Below the pieces are notes generated by a model. The model had not been told where the DNA came from. It searched no databases and worked only from the letters and a program-made list of their open reading frames with translations. A program made the position numbers and the translations under genes. A DNA stretch of 63,384 nucleotides, filler included, from Reticulomyxa filosa (Eukaryota > Protista > Foraminifera), in the NCBI GenBank assembly GCA_000512085.1. It is 15 parts of 15 records of this genome, joined end to end, with 100 filler letters (N's around TTAATTAATTAA, not from the genome) between each part and the next. Parts side by side here need not be neighbours in the genome. Positions count along the whole stretch, not along the records: positions 37,273 to 40,204 come from ASPP01044596.1; positions 40,305 to 43,908 come from ASPP01028007.1; positions 44,009 to 47,921 come from ASPP01005859.1; positions 48,022 to 49,182 come from ASPP01023246.1; positions 49,283 to 50,786 come from ASPP01005078.1; 10 more parts are not named here. One strand, 5' to 3'. Positions 37,173-50,510 of this stretch are shown piece after piece. Each line of letters starts with the position of its first letter. Within the stretch, counting starts at the first letter, position 1.

Positions 37173-40064
37173 NNNNNNNNNNNNNNNNNNNNNNNNNNNN
37201 NNNNNNNNNNNNNNNNTTAATTAATTAANNNNNNNNNNNNNNNNNNNNNNNNNNNNNNNNNNNNNNNNNNNNTACCGTTCGAGAGAACCTGAATCATGCG
37301 AGTTTTGTATATATGTTTATGTTATGTGCGCTATTTCTTGTTTTGAATTGTTGTTGAAATGACACAGTGCCGAGCATTAACTTGTCTAAACTCTCCAATG
37401 TCCCAATGCAATTCATTGGAATAAGATATCCCAACAGCAACATGGGCTTGAATGCGAATCGAGTGACAAGTCCTTCTCCCTACCAACAGTGTCGGCAATA
37501 CCATGTCTGGCTATCCGAACAACAATCTGAGAATGTCTCTCAATCCTACGCCAGTCACACCTACATCCACCCCATATTCATGACGGGAGTTCAGCCCCAC
37601 GTCCCTATTTCCACTTTTCATTCCAATTCTCTTTCATCGATGCTAACAATTTTCATGTATGAATGTGTATGTATCTTTCTTTATTCTCCGGCATTCATCA
37701 CTTTCACATTACATAACTAATTTTTTTTGTTCATTTGAATTTATTTTTTTTTATTGGAAAGCTGACAAATCAAATTATATATATATGTTTCAATATCATC
37801 CAGGAGTTGATTTAAGACAAAGACAAGTATTTTTTTTGTTTGAAGGCGGAGGGAGGAAGCATAAAAGATAGAAATAAAATTCTATGGGTATCAAACATTT
37901 ATTTGTTTGATGCGATAAGTCGTTTAAGTAACTGTGAAATGAATTGTGAGCAATAATACTTATGACATTACACAAAGGATGGCATACATATATTGCAAAA
38001 GTTTCCAAATTTAACTCAATCTTCTCCCACTGGCCAACAAATGAGAACACAAATGTACATCATCCTCCATTTTTTCATTGTCCTTATCAACGACGATAAA
38101 ATCAAGGTAGATTAGAAATGGACCAAGATGCTAGTTTGGTGCATGGCAAAACGTACGCCAATCCTCTCTGCACAAGTCAGTCAACTTATCCAACCCAAAA
38201 AAAAATTATTCATTGTTGTTTTGTTTATGGCTTGTGTTATTGTGTCACTGGCGCCATTTTTGTGTATTCTACACACCTAACTTTTTTTTTTAATTTGGCC
38301 AAACATTTCCCATTTAGCGACATTCGAAAATGCCAGAAATGTTGGAATTTTGAGTGTGTCTATGAATTTCCTGAGTTGTCGTTCAATGTGTACAGTTTTC
38401 GTCACATTTTATGTTCAATTCGACAGTTTAAGAAAAAAAAATTAAAAAAATATTCTTTGTTTTTGTTTTGTCAGTAATTCGAGTGTGTTATTTTTAGCGT
38501 GAAAACTTTTTTCTTTTCCAATGGCATTTCATAAGTTCGAAAGTGAGATTGAACTAGTTACTTTGAATATCAAAGGCTAAGCATTCTCCTAAATAATCTC
38601 CTTTTTTTTTTTAACAAACCACCCAGTCGAATTGGTGATAACTTCGTTTAATTTTTCGGGTTGGACTTGTCAAGCTCCGAGTATATGCAAAATCAAAAAG
38701 AAAAAGGATCCTTTTTTTTATGAGATAAATATTCTCAATACGTGATGCTAAGCGGCAGTGCAACACCAATGTGACTTGTGAAATAAATAATAATAAGGCA
38801 TAGAAGACTGACCCAGTGCGAATAACCAGGACTTTGATTGAGTGGAAAGTTTCATAAATCCAGTTTATTTTTTTTCCACCTACCCTTCACAAATTCTTTC
38901 TTTAAAATTCAAAAAAAAAAACAAACCCAGACATAGATAATCTTCTCAAAGGAGTAATACAAAGCATAAAAAAAGAAGCACTTGCCAGATCTGCTGGAGG
39001 GATCAATGTATCACGGTAGCTGTCGGCATGCAATTTCAACGTATGGTGATTAGCTGATTGCATGACCTCACTCACGTAAGGGAAAAAGAAATACATTAAG
39101 AAAGCACCAAAAATTATACCGCCTGTGTTTTATCGTGAATCAATGGTTTTGTTTTAATCTTCAAAAGACACTTCTATTCTCTTGCTTGGATCAAACATTC
39201 AACACTCAAAGGGACAAAAAAAAAGAACACAAATATAAACAATCCAAAAACAAAAACCAACCAGTTGCCAATCATGCCCAAAACAATAGCCAAATTTGCC
39301 CAGATTTGATGATACTCTGGGGCTAAGTTCAACTGCGCCTTCATTGTTGACATTGCTACTTTTTGCAAAGTAAGATTATAACAACATGTTCCAAGTGTTT
39401 TTTGGCAGTAAGACCTCTGTTGTAATAACATGGATCTCATGGTTAGTATTGAATTGATTGAACTTATAACGATTTTTGGGACTGATTCCCTTTCTTAATC
39501 CTTTTTTCAGAACAGCATTTTTTTTACAAATGTTAAATGTTTAATTAATCGAGGTTGCTTTTTTAGTTCTAATTAAAAAATAAGTTTCACAAAGTTTTCT
39601 TTTCAGCACATAATTGTATATATGCAGCATTGTCTTAAAGTTTCCAGATACTTTTTTAATAATTTTTTTTATCAAGGACCAAATACAAAACAGTGAGGTA
39701 ATGAATTTGAGTGACCCATCAAGTAAATGGACGTATTATGTTGTCCCTTTGTGTGATACAATGAAAGAATATGTTTGTTGTTATTAAATTTGTCTTTGAT
39801 TTGTTTGGTCATTGCTGCTTTTCATTCAATGCAGACAATTGACCAAAATAATAGAAAAAATCTTTTAATTATTCCATATTTAATATTATTCTTCAAAAAA
39901 AAACAAAACAAAAAAACTTTCATTTCTTATAAATTATCCACAAATATTAATATGATCATTGAATGAACCATAATACAAATTCAAATCATAGTAATATTCT
40001 TTGTTTTATCTTTCTTTTTCAATTTAATAAAATTAAGACAATATACTCCATAATCTTTTTTTTC

Positions 40065-40165
40065 ACCTTTAATCATAAATGAATGTTTTTTATTTGATCG
40101 AATATCCCAGAGTTTAATTGTATTATCAATTGATCCAGAACATATTACATTTGGATCAGAAATAT
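40065..40165 (-). pseudogene. WD40 last-repeat relic interrupted by a Tc1 TIR
   Basis: DPNVICSGSIDNTIKLWDIRSNKKHSFMIKG is almost identical to the C-terminal repeat of 18831-20027 (NVICSGSIDSTIRFWDIRSNKKELHLIKG). Confidence 0.85.
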
Positions 40166-40167
40166 TA

Positions 40168-40204
40168 CAGTAAGATAAAAAAGAAAGTTGACACCTAAAA
40201 TGCC
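40168..40204 (+). mobile_element. Tc1/mariner terminal inverted repeat after a TA target site
   Basis: TA|CAGTAAGATAAAAAAGAAAGTTGACACCTAAAATGCC matches the terminus at 62793 next to a Tc1 transposase. CAGT after TA is the typical Tc1 end. Confidence 0.75.
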
Positions 40205-41599
40205 NNNNNNNNNNNNNNNNNNNNNNNNNNNNNNNNNNNNNNNNNNNNTTAATTAATTAANNNNNNNNNNNNNNNNNNNNNNNNNNNNNNNNNNNNNNNN
40301 NNNNTGATGAAATAAAGATAAGTTTGATTGTATGACACGATTAACAATAATACAATAATGATAGTTAGAAAATGAAATAAAATTGTTTATTCAGCGACAA
40401 TGTCTTAGACATTTTTAACAACTTCGACTTTGGTTTGACTTTGTAAATGAAATATCTGATCAAATACAAGTAAAATTGAAATATCATAAAAATATTTTAA
40501 CTGTAAAATGTAATATTATGTTGACATAAAATTCAATCTCATGTATATTGATTTTTTTCCGTAATAAATCAAAAATATTAATATTTGTAATTATATTCTT
40601 ACTCAAGCTAAAATTTGTGATCTTTATATACTTATTCGCATAATCTTATTTTTTCTAAAAAATATCGATTTAAAATAAGAAAAAATTTGTATACTGTAAT
40701 ACTCACAAAAATACAATTTTATTTTTTCAAATAATATCCTGATAAATCTAAAAATATCTTTGATTTTTAATAAAAGTGAAGAAAATTATACAAAAATAGT
40801 TAATGTTCTTTTTCATTTTTTGAAAAGTTAAAGATTCGCTTTGTCTTCGATTTTCAAGGAGAGCTTTTTATTAATCTATTCATTAGAGAAATCGAACATG
40901 CCAAGGTCAGAAAATACAATAATGATGTAAAAGAAAAGATGTTGTTCCTAAATCTGTTTATACAATTTTGCGAAAATATTTTTCAAAAGGAAACAATTAA
41001 ATATTTTGTCTTCTATCAAATGCTTGGACATGTTATATTTTATCAATTTCAATGTCAATGTATATATTATTACAAAATCAATCCTTATGTACAATTTGCA
41101 CTTATTTGTTTTCTTAATTAAATGTTTCATTTTATCTTATTAAGTGATAAAAAAGTATTGATGAAATAGTACATAGCAATTGAATTGTAGTCATTCTTTT
41201 CATAAAAAGGTACATGTCATATGAACCGTAAACATAAATGAACAATATTTTTTTTGTTCAATTTTTTCTTTTTCAATGATACAAACTTAAGTAATATTTC
41301 TATATAATTCATTCGTATTTGATCAAACACTATTTTCTCTCGACAAAAAAACCAAGGCTTCGATGATTCTTTTGAATTTATGCAAACAATAGGTAGAAAA
41401 AAATTAAGTTTTCATCTTTGAGTAAATCCAGATAGATTTAATATCATTTCAACTTTCTTAAACGCTCAAAAAAAAATCAATTAATATTTGTTATGTTTTG
41501 TGATGAATAAAAAAATGTTTATATTTCTGGAAAACTTAAAGAAAAATAATTTAAGACGATTTCATATGTTAATCTTGATGAAATTTAATTCAAAAAGAA

Positions 41600-43900
41600 A
41601 GATAGCAGCAAAGAAAGTTTTTTATAACGTGTTGTCGCTGTCGCCGTCACAATGCCACTGATAGTCTTGATCAAATTCAAATGTGAGATTACTGGAGTTG
41701 CTATGGAACTGCAACTGTGACGTCGGGGCAATAATGTATGATTTGGATATGTTTAATTGGATAGGTGAAGGCGACGCAGAAGCAGACAGCGACGACTAGC
41801 CATTTGCGCTAAGCAATGCCGTAGTGATGAAGGAAGGCGTAGGCAAAGGAGACATATGCGATAGCGACGACGCTGGTATTCGTTGTTGCAGTACCAGTAC
41901 CAATAACAGTTGTTTTTCCAATAGTTCCCGTTACTATTACTATCATTCCACTTGCAGTTATCGTTGTAGTTGTTCCTGTCGCAAGGGTGGCCGATGCAGT
42001 GGTGGTGCCTATCACAGTCCTGGTGCCAGTGTTTGCTTTGGTGATGACATCTGTGGAGGAAATGACTTAAATGGAAGATAGATGAAGTGGAGTGATAGGT
42101 GCAGGTGTCGGCCAATTGCAATTGCACACAAAGCACTTTCATCAACTTATACATGATTTGGTACTGGTATTCCACTCATCACACCAATCGTTCTGCTGCT
42201 GTCCACTATCGCAACGAAATCACAAGTACTTGCTCGGTATCTTCTTCTTCCCGTGGTTAAATCGAGATATTCGTTCAACTGTGTGTAAGTAAAACTGATA
42301 ATCATCATGCTCGTCACGAATAATATTGCGAACGAGTTGCCAATATGTATTTCTTATTCCATACAATTTTCTATACGTATACACACAAACATAAAATAAA
42401 TAATATATAATATTTATTTGGCAATGAATAAACAAAACTTATCGGTCATCGTAATATGTTTGCTCTGGTCTTGTAATAGTATTAATGGAGAAATTGATAT
42501 CGTCCCAAGCTCATGCGAGCAAAATCAATGAATGACCAGATTGAGGACAGCGACGCGCTCAATAGCATGTAGGGGTTCTTTCCGCATTGTCCAGTTGCTG
42601 TGTCGCGATATTGTATCGGATACTTTTACTTGATGTACTAGTCTTGGTCGTTGCATTGATTCCACGTTGCCTCCTTTTTTTTTAAAAAAAAAACTATTAA
42701 TCTTTCAATTTTGTCTTAGAAGAAGCTATCAAAAGGGGGGCTATAAAGTTCAAATTAAAAAAAACAAAAACTGAACCGCTCAAGTCATTGTCAGTGCTCT
42801 TTCGCTTTGGCGGATTGGAGTCGACGGAATTCAGCATTAAGTAAATGGAACTGCTGTTGTTTTATGTTTGTGGTGATGATGATGATGGCTGTTGTTGTGA
42901 TTATAAATGTACAACGTGTTGGTGCCATTGCTATTGACCTGACTGTCATTTGTGTGATATCCGTGTGATGTCTCGAATGTGCGGGACGTTTGGAAGACGA
43001 GTATTGCGAAAGAATTTTCAATTGGTTCGTGTTATTTTCGACACCACCCTTTTCCAAGCTGTTCGACAGCGATATCATCAACATATTCTATCTTCGTTGT
43101 TGTCACTGCACTCCATAATATGCTCGGGCGTCTCCGATCGAGAAAGATACAACTGCATCAGCTCCCGTATGCAAGGAGTGTATGTCACGTTGCTAGTGTT
43201 CGTTAGCAAATGCACCGGATGTGCTCGCTGCTCTTTCGATTGCTTCGTCTGCCGCGTCGCTCCCACAGTTTTCTCCGTTTGTCTCTCTATATCTCTATCT
43301 CTCGTCCCCGCTTTCCCCGCCCTTATCTCGTTACTCGAGTGGTTCGACAGCTGATGAGATATTAATGGCATTCCCCCTTTTAAAAATAAAAAAATACAAT
43401 AAATATGCATTATCGAAATTGAATCAATCAAACAATATATTATATATGCATATATGATGTTCAAAAAAAAAAAGCAAACCTCCTAATCGATCAATCGTTT
43501 TAGGTGCGATTTTCATTCTCATGTAGTACTTCCAATCCTTGCGCTCTAATTCTTTTTTGGACAAGCTGTCGGTGTTAGCGCCGTCGTGTTTTTGTTTGAG
43601 TTGGTGAATAGAAGATGGTGGGGGTAGAATGAGAGGAGGTGTTTTGGGATTCAAGTTAGGATGGTAGTATTGGTCCATAATAGCATCTTTTTCGGTGCAG
43701 TGGTTGATCAATTGCTGGGACTGAATGCACTCCCAGACTTCGTCCAACACAGTCTTTTCACCGCAAATGGGCGGGGTGGACAACATGGGTAAATGATCTG
43801 CATTGTGCTGCTTCACGTTTGAATGGCCGCTCAAGCTGCGACTATTGCTGCTGCTTTTCGCCATGGTGGCTAGTCCTTGGCACGAGTGAGTCAATATTGT
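41600..43900 (-). CDS. Uncharacterised low-complexity multi-exon protein (S/T/P/H-rich), partial
   Basis: Higher-GC coding-like exons (about 43894-43460, 43350-42780, 42680-42470, 42370-41600) separated by AT-rich introns. No domain recognised. Confidence 0.4.
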
Positions 43901-44700
43901 ACATAAGGNNNNNNNNNNNNNNNNNNNNNNNNNNNNNNNNNNNNNNNNNNNNTTAATTAATTAANNNNNNNNNNNNNNNNNNNNNNNNNNNNNNNNNNNN
44001 NNNNNNNNAGAGTTCTTATTGATCCACCTTCAAGTGGTCAATTCGACAAATGTTTCGAAAGGATAAACACAATATTGTAGTCTTAAAGTAATCAATTTGC
44101 TCTTGCTCGATTTCATCTAATACTTGCGCTTGCTTTATCGCAAGATTAAACTGTCCTTGGCCTGTTTTTGCAAATTTTTCTTTGTTTTCACCAAGTTCTA
44201 GTTTTTTTGATTTTTGATTGCTTGGACAATTAAGTCTTCATTAATCACTGCGCGGATCATTTTTGTCTAGGGCAAAGAATATATTATATTTATATGTATT
44301 CTGTTTTGTGAAACAAATTTTAATTATGAGTTTTTTTTATTTTAAGTTCTCAAGAAACGTAATCATGAAGGGATTGATGATAATTCTTTAGAAAATGAAC
44401 GCTAAATGAAACAATCAGCAACGAATTCTAATTTTTCTTCTCTTAATTTCCCATAATTTCTAATTCTAAAAAACAAATTAGTTTTTACTCATTTTTTGAA
44501 TGATGAGGGGTATAGAAATTGACATTTGCCCAACTGACAAAAAGAGGTCGATACTGCAAAATTTTTTTTGTGATGAAAATTTATGTTGAATAATAAAAGA
44601 TAATAATAATATAAGACAAATACGACAAAAAAGAAATCTAAAATAGGCAAATAAAACAAATTAATCTTTGTGATAAAAATCGGAAACCTTGGTCAGTAAA

Positions 44701-46176
44701 ATGGCAGGTTTAGAATTGCCGTCAGTAGCAAAAAGCAAAAAGACAGCAGGATATGTAAGCGACATGCGTTTTCAAAGCAAGCGAATAGAAATGTCGAAGT
44801 TTACACTATTTTTCACAATGGGAGGAAAGCTTGAAGACGCAAGTAAGTACGAGACAGCGTTTCGAATGCAAACGTATTTGAAATATAAAAAGATAACGCG
44901 CATCTGCATTCTTGGATTAATATTTATAGCAGTGGCACTTGTGTTAATCGATCCGCTGTATTTGAGCTATAGATGGTACTCAAAGAAGTATATGTACCGG
45001 AACATAGTAAGATTTGTGTTTATGGTGCCGGTGGCTATATGTTGGTACGTATACACACGGAATATGTGCGGAAGGAGTAAGGGAGATGAGAGAACATCAA
45101 CGAAGAAGAATTTGTATTGGCAAAGATCGGATAAGACGATAGTGGATTATGAAGCGTGGAAACATGCCCCAGAGCGAATAGCAACATTGGCATCATATTT
45201 GATTGGGATAAGTATATTGTTGCAAACGATTGTATCGCAAGAGCCGGATCAGGAAGTATACATGTTATATTTTTTTATGGTGTATTTGTTCTTTGGGATT
45301 CCATTTGCTTTTGCATGTTTGATGACATGGAGTTTAGTGATACTCTTTATCGTGTGTATGTGGGCAGTGTTGGTGAATGACGCGTATGCCATTCAAACCT
45401 TGCAATTTTCGTCAGTGTATTTGTGTATGAGTAATGCACTGCTGACCATTGCAGCGTATAGCGTCGAGAAGAATGACCGAAAGGAATACATCCTCACATT
45501 GGATTTGGAAAAGGAAGAGAGCATTGTCAATGATTTGCTGCAAAATCTGCTCCCGAGCAAAGTCATGAATCGATTGAAACAAGGACAAAACACCATTTGG
45601 GATCAGTCCAAAGAGTGTAGCATTTTGTTTAGCGATTTGGTATCTTTCACCAAATGGGCCTCCCAACTGCCCGCCGAAACACTCATCCAGCGTCTTCATG
45701 AAATGTATTCGCGCTTTGATAAGCTATGCGATGTCCATAATGTCTATAAAGTCGAGACTATTGGAGATGCCTACTTTGTCTCCAGTGGCTTCCCCATTGA
45801 CTATACACCTGACCATGCCGATCGTCTTATGATGCTTGGCAAACATATGATGTTCGATTGCTTGACTCTCGATTGGGACGGATATACTCCTCGCATGAGA
45901 ATTGGAATCCATTCTGGACCTGTCATGGCTGGTGTCGTTGGTAGGCAAATGCCCAGATATCATTTGTTCGGAAAAACTGTTATGATCGCCAACGAATTGG
46001 AGACCACTGGCGTACCTCAACAACTTCACCTATCTGAAGCAACCAAAAATAAACTGACTTCCACTTATTACCATTTGGTGAAAAGACCAGAGCCACTTGT
46101 ATTTTTAGGCGAAACCATGCAAACCTATTTATGGGAACCTCAAAATACTTACGGTCATATCATCAAACAAACTTGA
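44701..46176 (+). CDS. Membrane-anchored class III nucleotide (probably guanylyl-type) cyclase, single catalytic domain, intronless
   Basis: About 6 hydrophobic segments, a coiled LLQNLLP helix, then SILFSDLVSFT, VYKVETIGDAY, MRIGIHSGPVMAGVVGRQMPRYHLFGKTV and LETTG. Confidence 0.93.
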   Translation: MAGLELPSVAKSKKTAGYVSDMRFQSKRIEMSKFTLFFTMGGKLEDASKYETAFRMQTYLKYKKITRICILGLIFIAVALVLIDPLYLSYRWYSKKYMYRNIVRFVFMVPVAICWYVYTRNMCGRSKGDERTSTKKNLYWQRSDKTIVDYEAWKHAPERIATLASYLIGISILLQTIVSQEPDQEVYMLYFFMVYLFFGIPFAFACLMTWSLVILFIVCMWAVLVNDAYAIQTLQFSSVYLCMSNALLTIAAYSVEKNDRKEYILTLDLEKEESIVNDLLQNLLPSKVMNRLKQGQNTIWDQSKECSILFSDLVSFTKWASQLPAETLIQRLHEMYSRFDKLCDVHNVYKVETIGDAYFVSSGFPIDYTPDHADRLMMLGKHMMFDCLTLDWDGYTPRMRIGIHSGPVMAGVVGRQMPRYHLFGKTVMIANELETTGVPQQLHLSEATKNKLTSTYYHLVKRPEPLVFLGETMQTYLWEPQNTYGHIIKQT

Positions 46177-46945
46177 ACCAAAATACCATTGTTCCTTGGT
46201 TCTTTTCACTTCAACATTTCTCCTTAGTTGTTGTTTAGGTTTTGGCTCGAAATCTCCTGCCTCTTTCTATCTTTTCATGTTTGTACATTCACCACGAGTA
46301 TGTCCACCCTTTTTTTTTTTTTTTTTGAGTACGAGTATCAAAGACTCTCCATTCTGCGTTTTGTCATGGAACAAGCTTCTTTTTTTGTCCTAACACAAAA
46401 TCACATCTTGCAATTGTTGAATTTACTTCTCTTTCTTTCTCACAATACGTAATTCTACCTTTTTTCTCTGCTATCTATTGTCTATCTTTTCTCTATTAAA
46501 AACTTGTGACTATCACATAATTCTTATCTGCAAGGTCTTAATCTTGTTTGTAAGAGGTCCGAGAAAAGGCAGTAACAGAGGGGGCGTTCTCTTTCGAACA
46601 ATAAAAATAATAATAAAACTTGAAAACATAGACACCAATGACGTCGGAGGAAGTGACTGAAGAGCAATTTGATGGCTACATTAGCAAGAAATATGGAAAA
46701 GAGAAAAATATCAAAAAGTGGTTGCGTTTTGTTTGTAAGTACTACGATGGAAAGGAAGATCAACTGTACAGTTAATGGGTTGAGTTTACTGGATCCAAAT
46801 AAAATAAGGGACATACATGTTGCAATTTTTTTTGTCGTCCAAAAAAAAAAAACAAAAGAGATGGCAAAGTTGGTTGTACATTCGCAATATTTTCTTTTTT
46901 TTATTTAAAAAAAGTAACCCCCTCCCAAAAAAAAAAAAAAAAAAA

Positions 46946-47833
46946 ATGGACAACGTGGTCGACCGTCCCAACAATAGCGAAGAAAGCAATACCAAATACG
47001 AAAAAAAAACAAACACAAAAAAAGAGTTTTTGCAATCCTCGAACGACGCACTGGAAGAAGTGTTGCTGAGCGATCCAGACGATTGGAGCCAACTGTCAAC
47101 GAAGCATGGGATCGAAGTGGAGCCGTTGCTACGAAGTTTGCAAGAGATTGGCCATTGTTTCTTGGATCCCTTGTCGCAAGGATATTATTACAAATACAAT
47201 GAATTCAGCAAGTCATTGCCCAAGGCCAAGTCACCGCAGTTGATCGAGCAATCGGTCGTGGAGACAGTGACCCAAAAAGAAGAAGATGGTTCGCCCGAAA
47301 ACTCACCCGAAAGGACTAAAGGGAATGGGAAATCCCCCCAAAAAAAAGGCAAGGAAGTAAAGGCCAAAAAAGAAGAGAAAGTTAGTGAAAAGAGCACTGC
47401 TGATCAATCCAATGGAACTGCTTCAAAGGACAAAGAAGAGCAAGAGCAAGAACAAGAACAAGTCAAAGGGAAGAGTAAAACCAAAAAGAAAGAAAAAGAA
47501 CAGGAACAGGAACAGGAACAGGAACCAGAACAAGAACAAGAACAACCAAAAGCGTCAGCAGGAGGACAAGCAAAGGAAGACGGAGAAAACAGTCAAGATA
47601 AAGAACGGATAGAAAAGGTCAGGGAAACTGCGATGCAAAGAAAACGGAAGATGATCGAAATGAAACGCAAAATGATGCAACAAAGAAAAGAATCACAGGC
47701 CAACGATCAAGGGAACAACGACGACGACGATGACAAAATCCAAATTGGCGTGGTTGTCCGGAAATCAGATCCAGATGCAGATGCAGATATGACTGAAGAC
47801 AACACTGCTAAAGCGAAGAAAGATGAAAGCAAC

Positions 47834-47895
<62 letters not shown>

Positions 47896-47921
47896 CAATA
47901 ATAATAATAGATGATAACAAT
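46946..47921 (+). CDS. Charged low-complexity protein (E/K/Q-rich, polyN), 5' part
   Basis: Open frame from MDNVVDRP with (EQ)n repeats, ending in an (AAT)n tract at the contig end. Confidence 0.6.
47831..47910 (+). repeat. (AAT)n microsatellite
   Basis: More than 20 aat units at the contig end. Confidence 0.95.
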
Positions 47922-50362
47922 NNNNNNNNNNNNNNNNNNNNNNNNNNNNNNNNNNNNNNNNNNNNTTAATTAATTAANNNNNNNNNNNNNNNNNNNNNNN
48001 NNNNNNNNNNNNNNNNNNNNNAGATCGCAGCTGGACACTATATTTGCGGATAATTGTTGGCATGGTAAAGCGCCAGAGACTTGTATCCGCACACTTTGAT
48101 GGCAAACAGGTTCTTTTAAATACTTTGGGCTAACACTGCTAGACATTGACATATTCTTTCAGCGCGTTTCATTGGGGAGCAATATGGGAAGTTAGTCTGC
48201 CCTGCGAGTAGCGACTTTGCGTGTTTCTAAGGGTACGTAATTCCACAACTAATAAAGCCAGCCGACTAGTTTGTTTTTTTTTCCTCCCCCTTTTAAAGAA
48301 ATCATACTCTTTTTTTTCTTGCTTGCCAGGTGTCTTGTGCGTTTCGAACTAAATTGAACCACTCCTTCGTGGGATGATTCACCCGATGTAGTGTGGACTG
48401 CTCGATCAAAATACCAAGTATTTTCTTTTTTCGTCCTCGTTTTCAACTTCTTCGTCGACACAGTCGCTGCCGGTGTTGCTATATCGTAATGTCGATATCG
48501 TTTTTACTTTGAGCGATATCACGTTTTCTTTTTTTCTTCCGGAGTCTTGCTTTTTTGTTCTAAGCAGCGCCAAGATCAGTTTGTTTGGGATTGATCCGGG
48601 AGAATCTTGCTAACTCCACAGCTCCATACCGCGATGTTTTCCAACTATCCCTCGTCGCTGTGTAATGAAAATCCACTTTGGCAGAGATTTAGTCTGGAAA
48701 TTCAACTAGATCTCTTTCTTCGCCGATAAACAATGTCCAATACTGCGCCCCGCCAAAATTATCCGCAGACACTTTTGTGCTCATCAATTGATGGCAAACG
48801 TGTTTCCAATGTTTCAGCTGCCACACTTGAAATTGCCGCACCTATTTAGAAGTTTCGATTGGGATCCAACTCAAACGAATGCAAATTGGCGACCCAACTA
48901 CATTGTCCACTAAGTGTTAGGACAACGTGACGAATGCAAAGTATCCAAATATTCCTACAACTGGAACAAACATAACCTACAATCTAAAGCGCGAAAATGC
49001 GCAAGTATACTATCAATTCGGTAGGAGCGAACGGTCTCCTCTCATGATTATCACAATTTTTTTTTTTCCATCTTTTTTTTCATCTTTTTTTCCATCTTTT
49101 TTTCCTTTTCTTTTTTCTTTTTTCTTTTATTATTCTTTTTTAATATTTTTTTCTTTTTTTCCCTTTTTTTTACTATTTGTCTNNNNNNNNNNNNNNNNNN
49201 NNNNNNNNNNNNNNNNNNNNNNNNNNTTAATTAATTAANNNNNNNNNNNNNNNNNNNNNNNNNNNNNNNNNNNNNNNNNNNNGACTCTGCATGTTAGTTC
49301 TTTTTTTTTTTGAATTTTCACTGGAAACTGCTTTTTTTTGAGATGACACACCCTTTCTCAAAAATAAAATGTTGTTCTTGCTATAAAAATACAACTGATA
49401 CAATAGATCAGAATTAAAAAACTCTTCTTCAACTTATTTTGAATGTATTACCAGCATTGGTAAAATGATATGGTGTAGGAACAAAATTTCTAGAAACAAA
49501 TATATGAAGTGTTCAATGAACAATGGATTGATGTTCATGTCCAAAATATAATTTTGAAACTGACAGAATTATGCATTCAAATAAATGTTCAAAAAATAAA
49601 AGCAACGCTTGAAAAATCAAGCGGGAATTCTTAATTTTACATATACACTTGCAACCAAAAAGTAACAATTATTTAATTTCTTTTTCAAAAATGTATGTAA
49701 TTTTGTTTGTTAAAATTAGAAAGTTTGTTTTGAAAATAATCAGCATTATTCAATTTTTTTGAAAGTAGTAGTTTAGTAATGAGCATGATGTAACTATCAA
49801 TTTCAATAGTACATAATGCAACGTTCGTTTTTTCACAAAAAATTCTAACAATGACTAGTGGGAAAAAAAAAATGTTCATTTTGATAAATTTCTTTTTTCT
49901 AAAATTAAATGATTAATTACATCTTGCAATGATGAAAGAAATTTGTTAAATAGACTGAAAAAAGAAAATAATTTCTTATTATCTTGCAAAAATGTTATGA
50001 AAAATTGTGAAATTTTTTTACAAAATTATTCAAACAAAAATACTTTCACATTACAATAGACTATGATAAAGTTAAAACTACATTGCGATCCAATTTGGAA
50101 ACAAAAATTTCTATTAAATAATTATTAAATTTTTTTTTTACTATTTAAATGTATAATTAAAGTTCAGCGTACCAATTTGGTTCGTTATTCTAATGTTGTG
50201 TACGTCTTTTTTTGGTTATTTTCTTTCATTAATAAATTTTTTCTAATTATTTCCTTCATGATTGTCCAGATTTTGTCCAAATATATTTCTATTAAGATAT
50301 AATTTTTTTAAAATAAACCAGATAAAAAAAGTATTAATTGTTAATTTTTTTCAGTCTTCGCT

Positions 50363-50510
50363 TCACTTTTTCTGGTAATTTCTCCGCATCTTCTGGCGAT
50401 TGTTCCACTTTTTCTGGAGATTGTTCCGCATCATCTGGTGATTGCTCCACTTTTACTGGAGATTGCTTCAAGTCTTCTGACAATTTTTCTACAAGTACTG
50501 CCGATTTTTC
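50363..50510 (-). repeat. 21-nt tandem repeat (about 7 copies) encoding EQSPE(K/D)(V/A) heptads
   Basis: The minus strand reads EKSAVLV EKLSEDL KQSPVKV EQSPDDA EQSPEKV EQSPEDA EKLPEKV. Confidence 0.8.

Noticed and set aside
48022-48960. GC-richer stretch with recurring gtttgccatcaa / ttatccgca words, a possible decayed gene
   Set aside because: Stops occur in all frames and I recognise no motif, so no call can be supported without a search.
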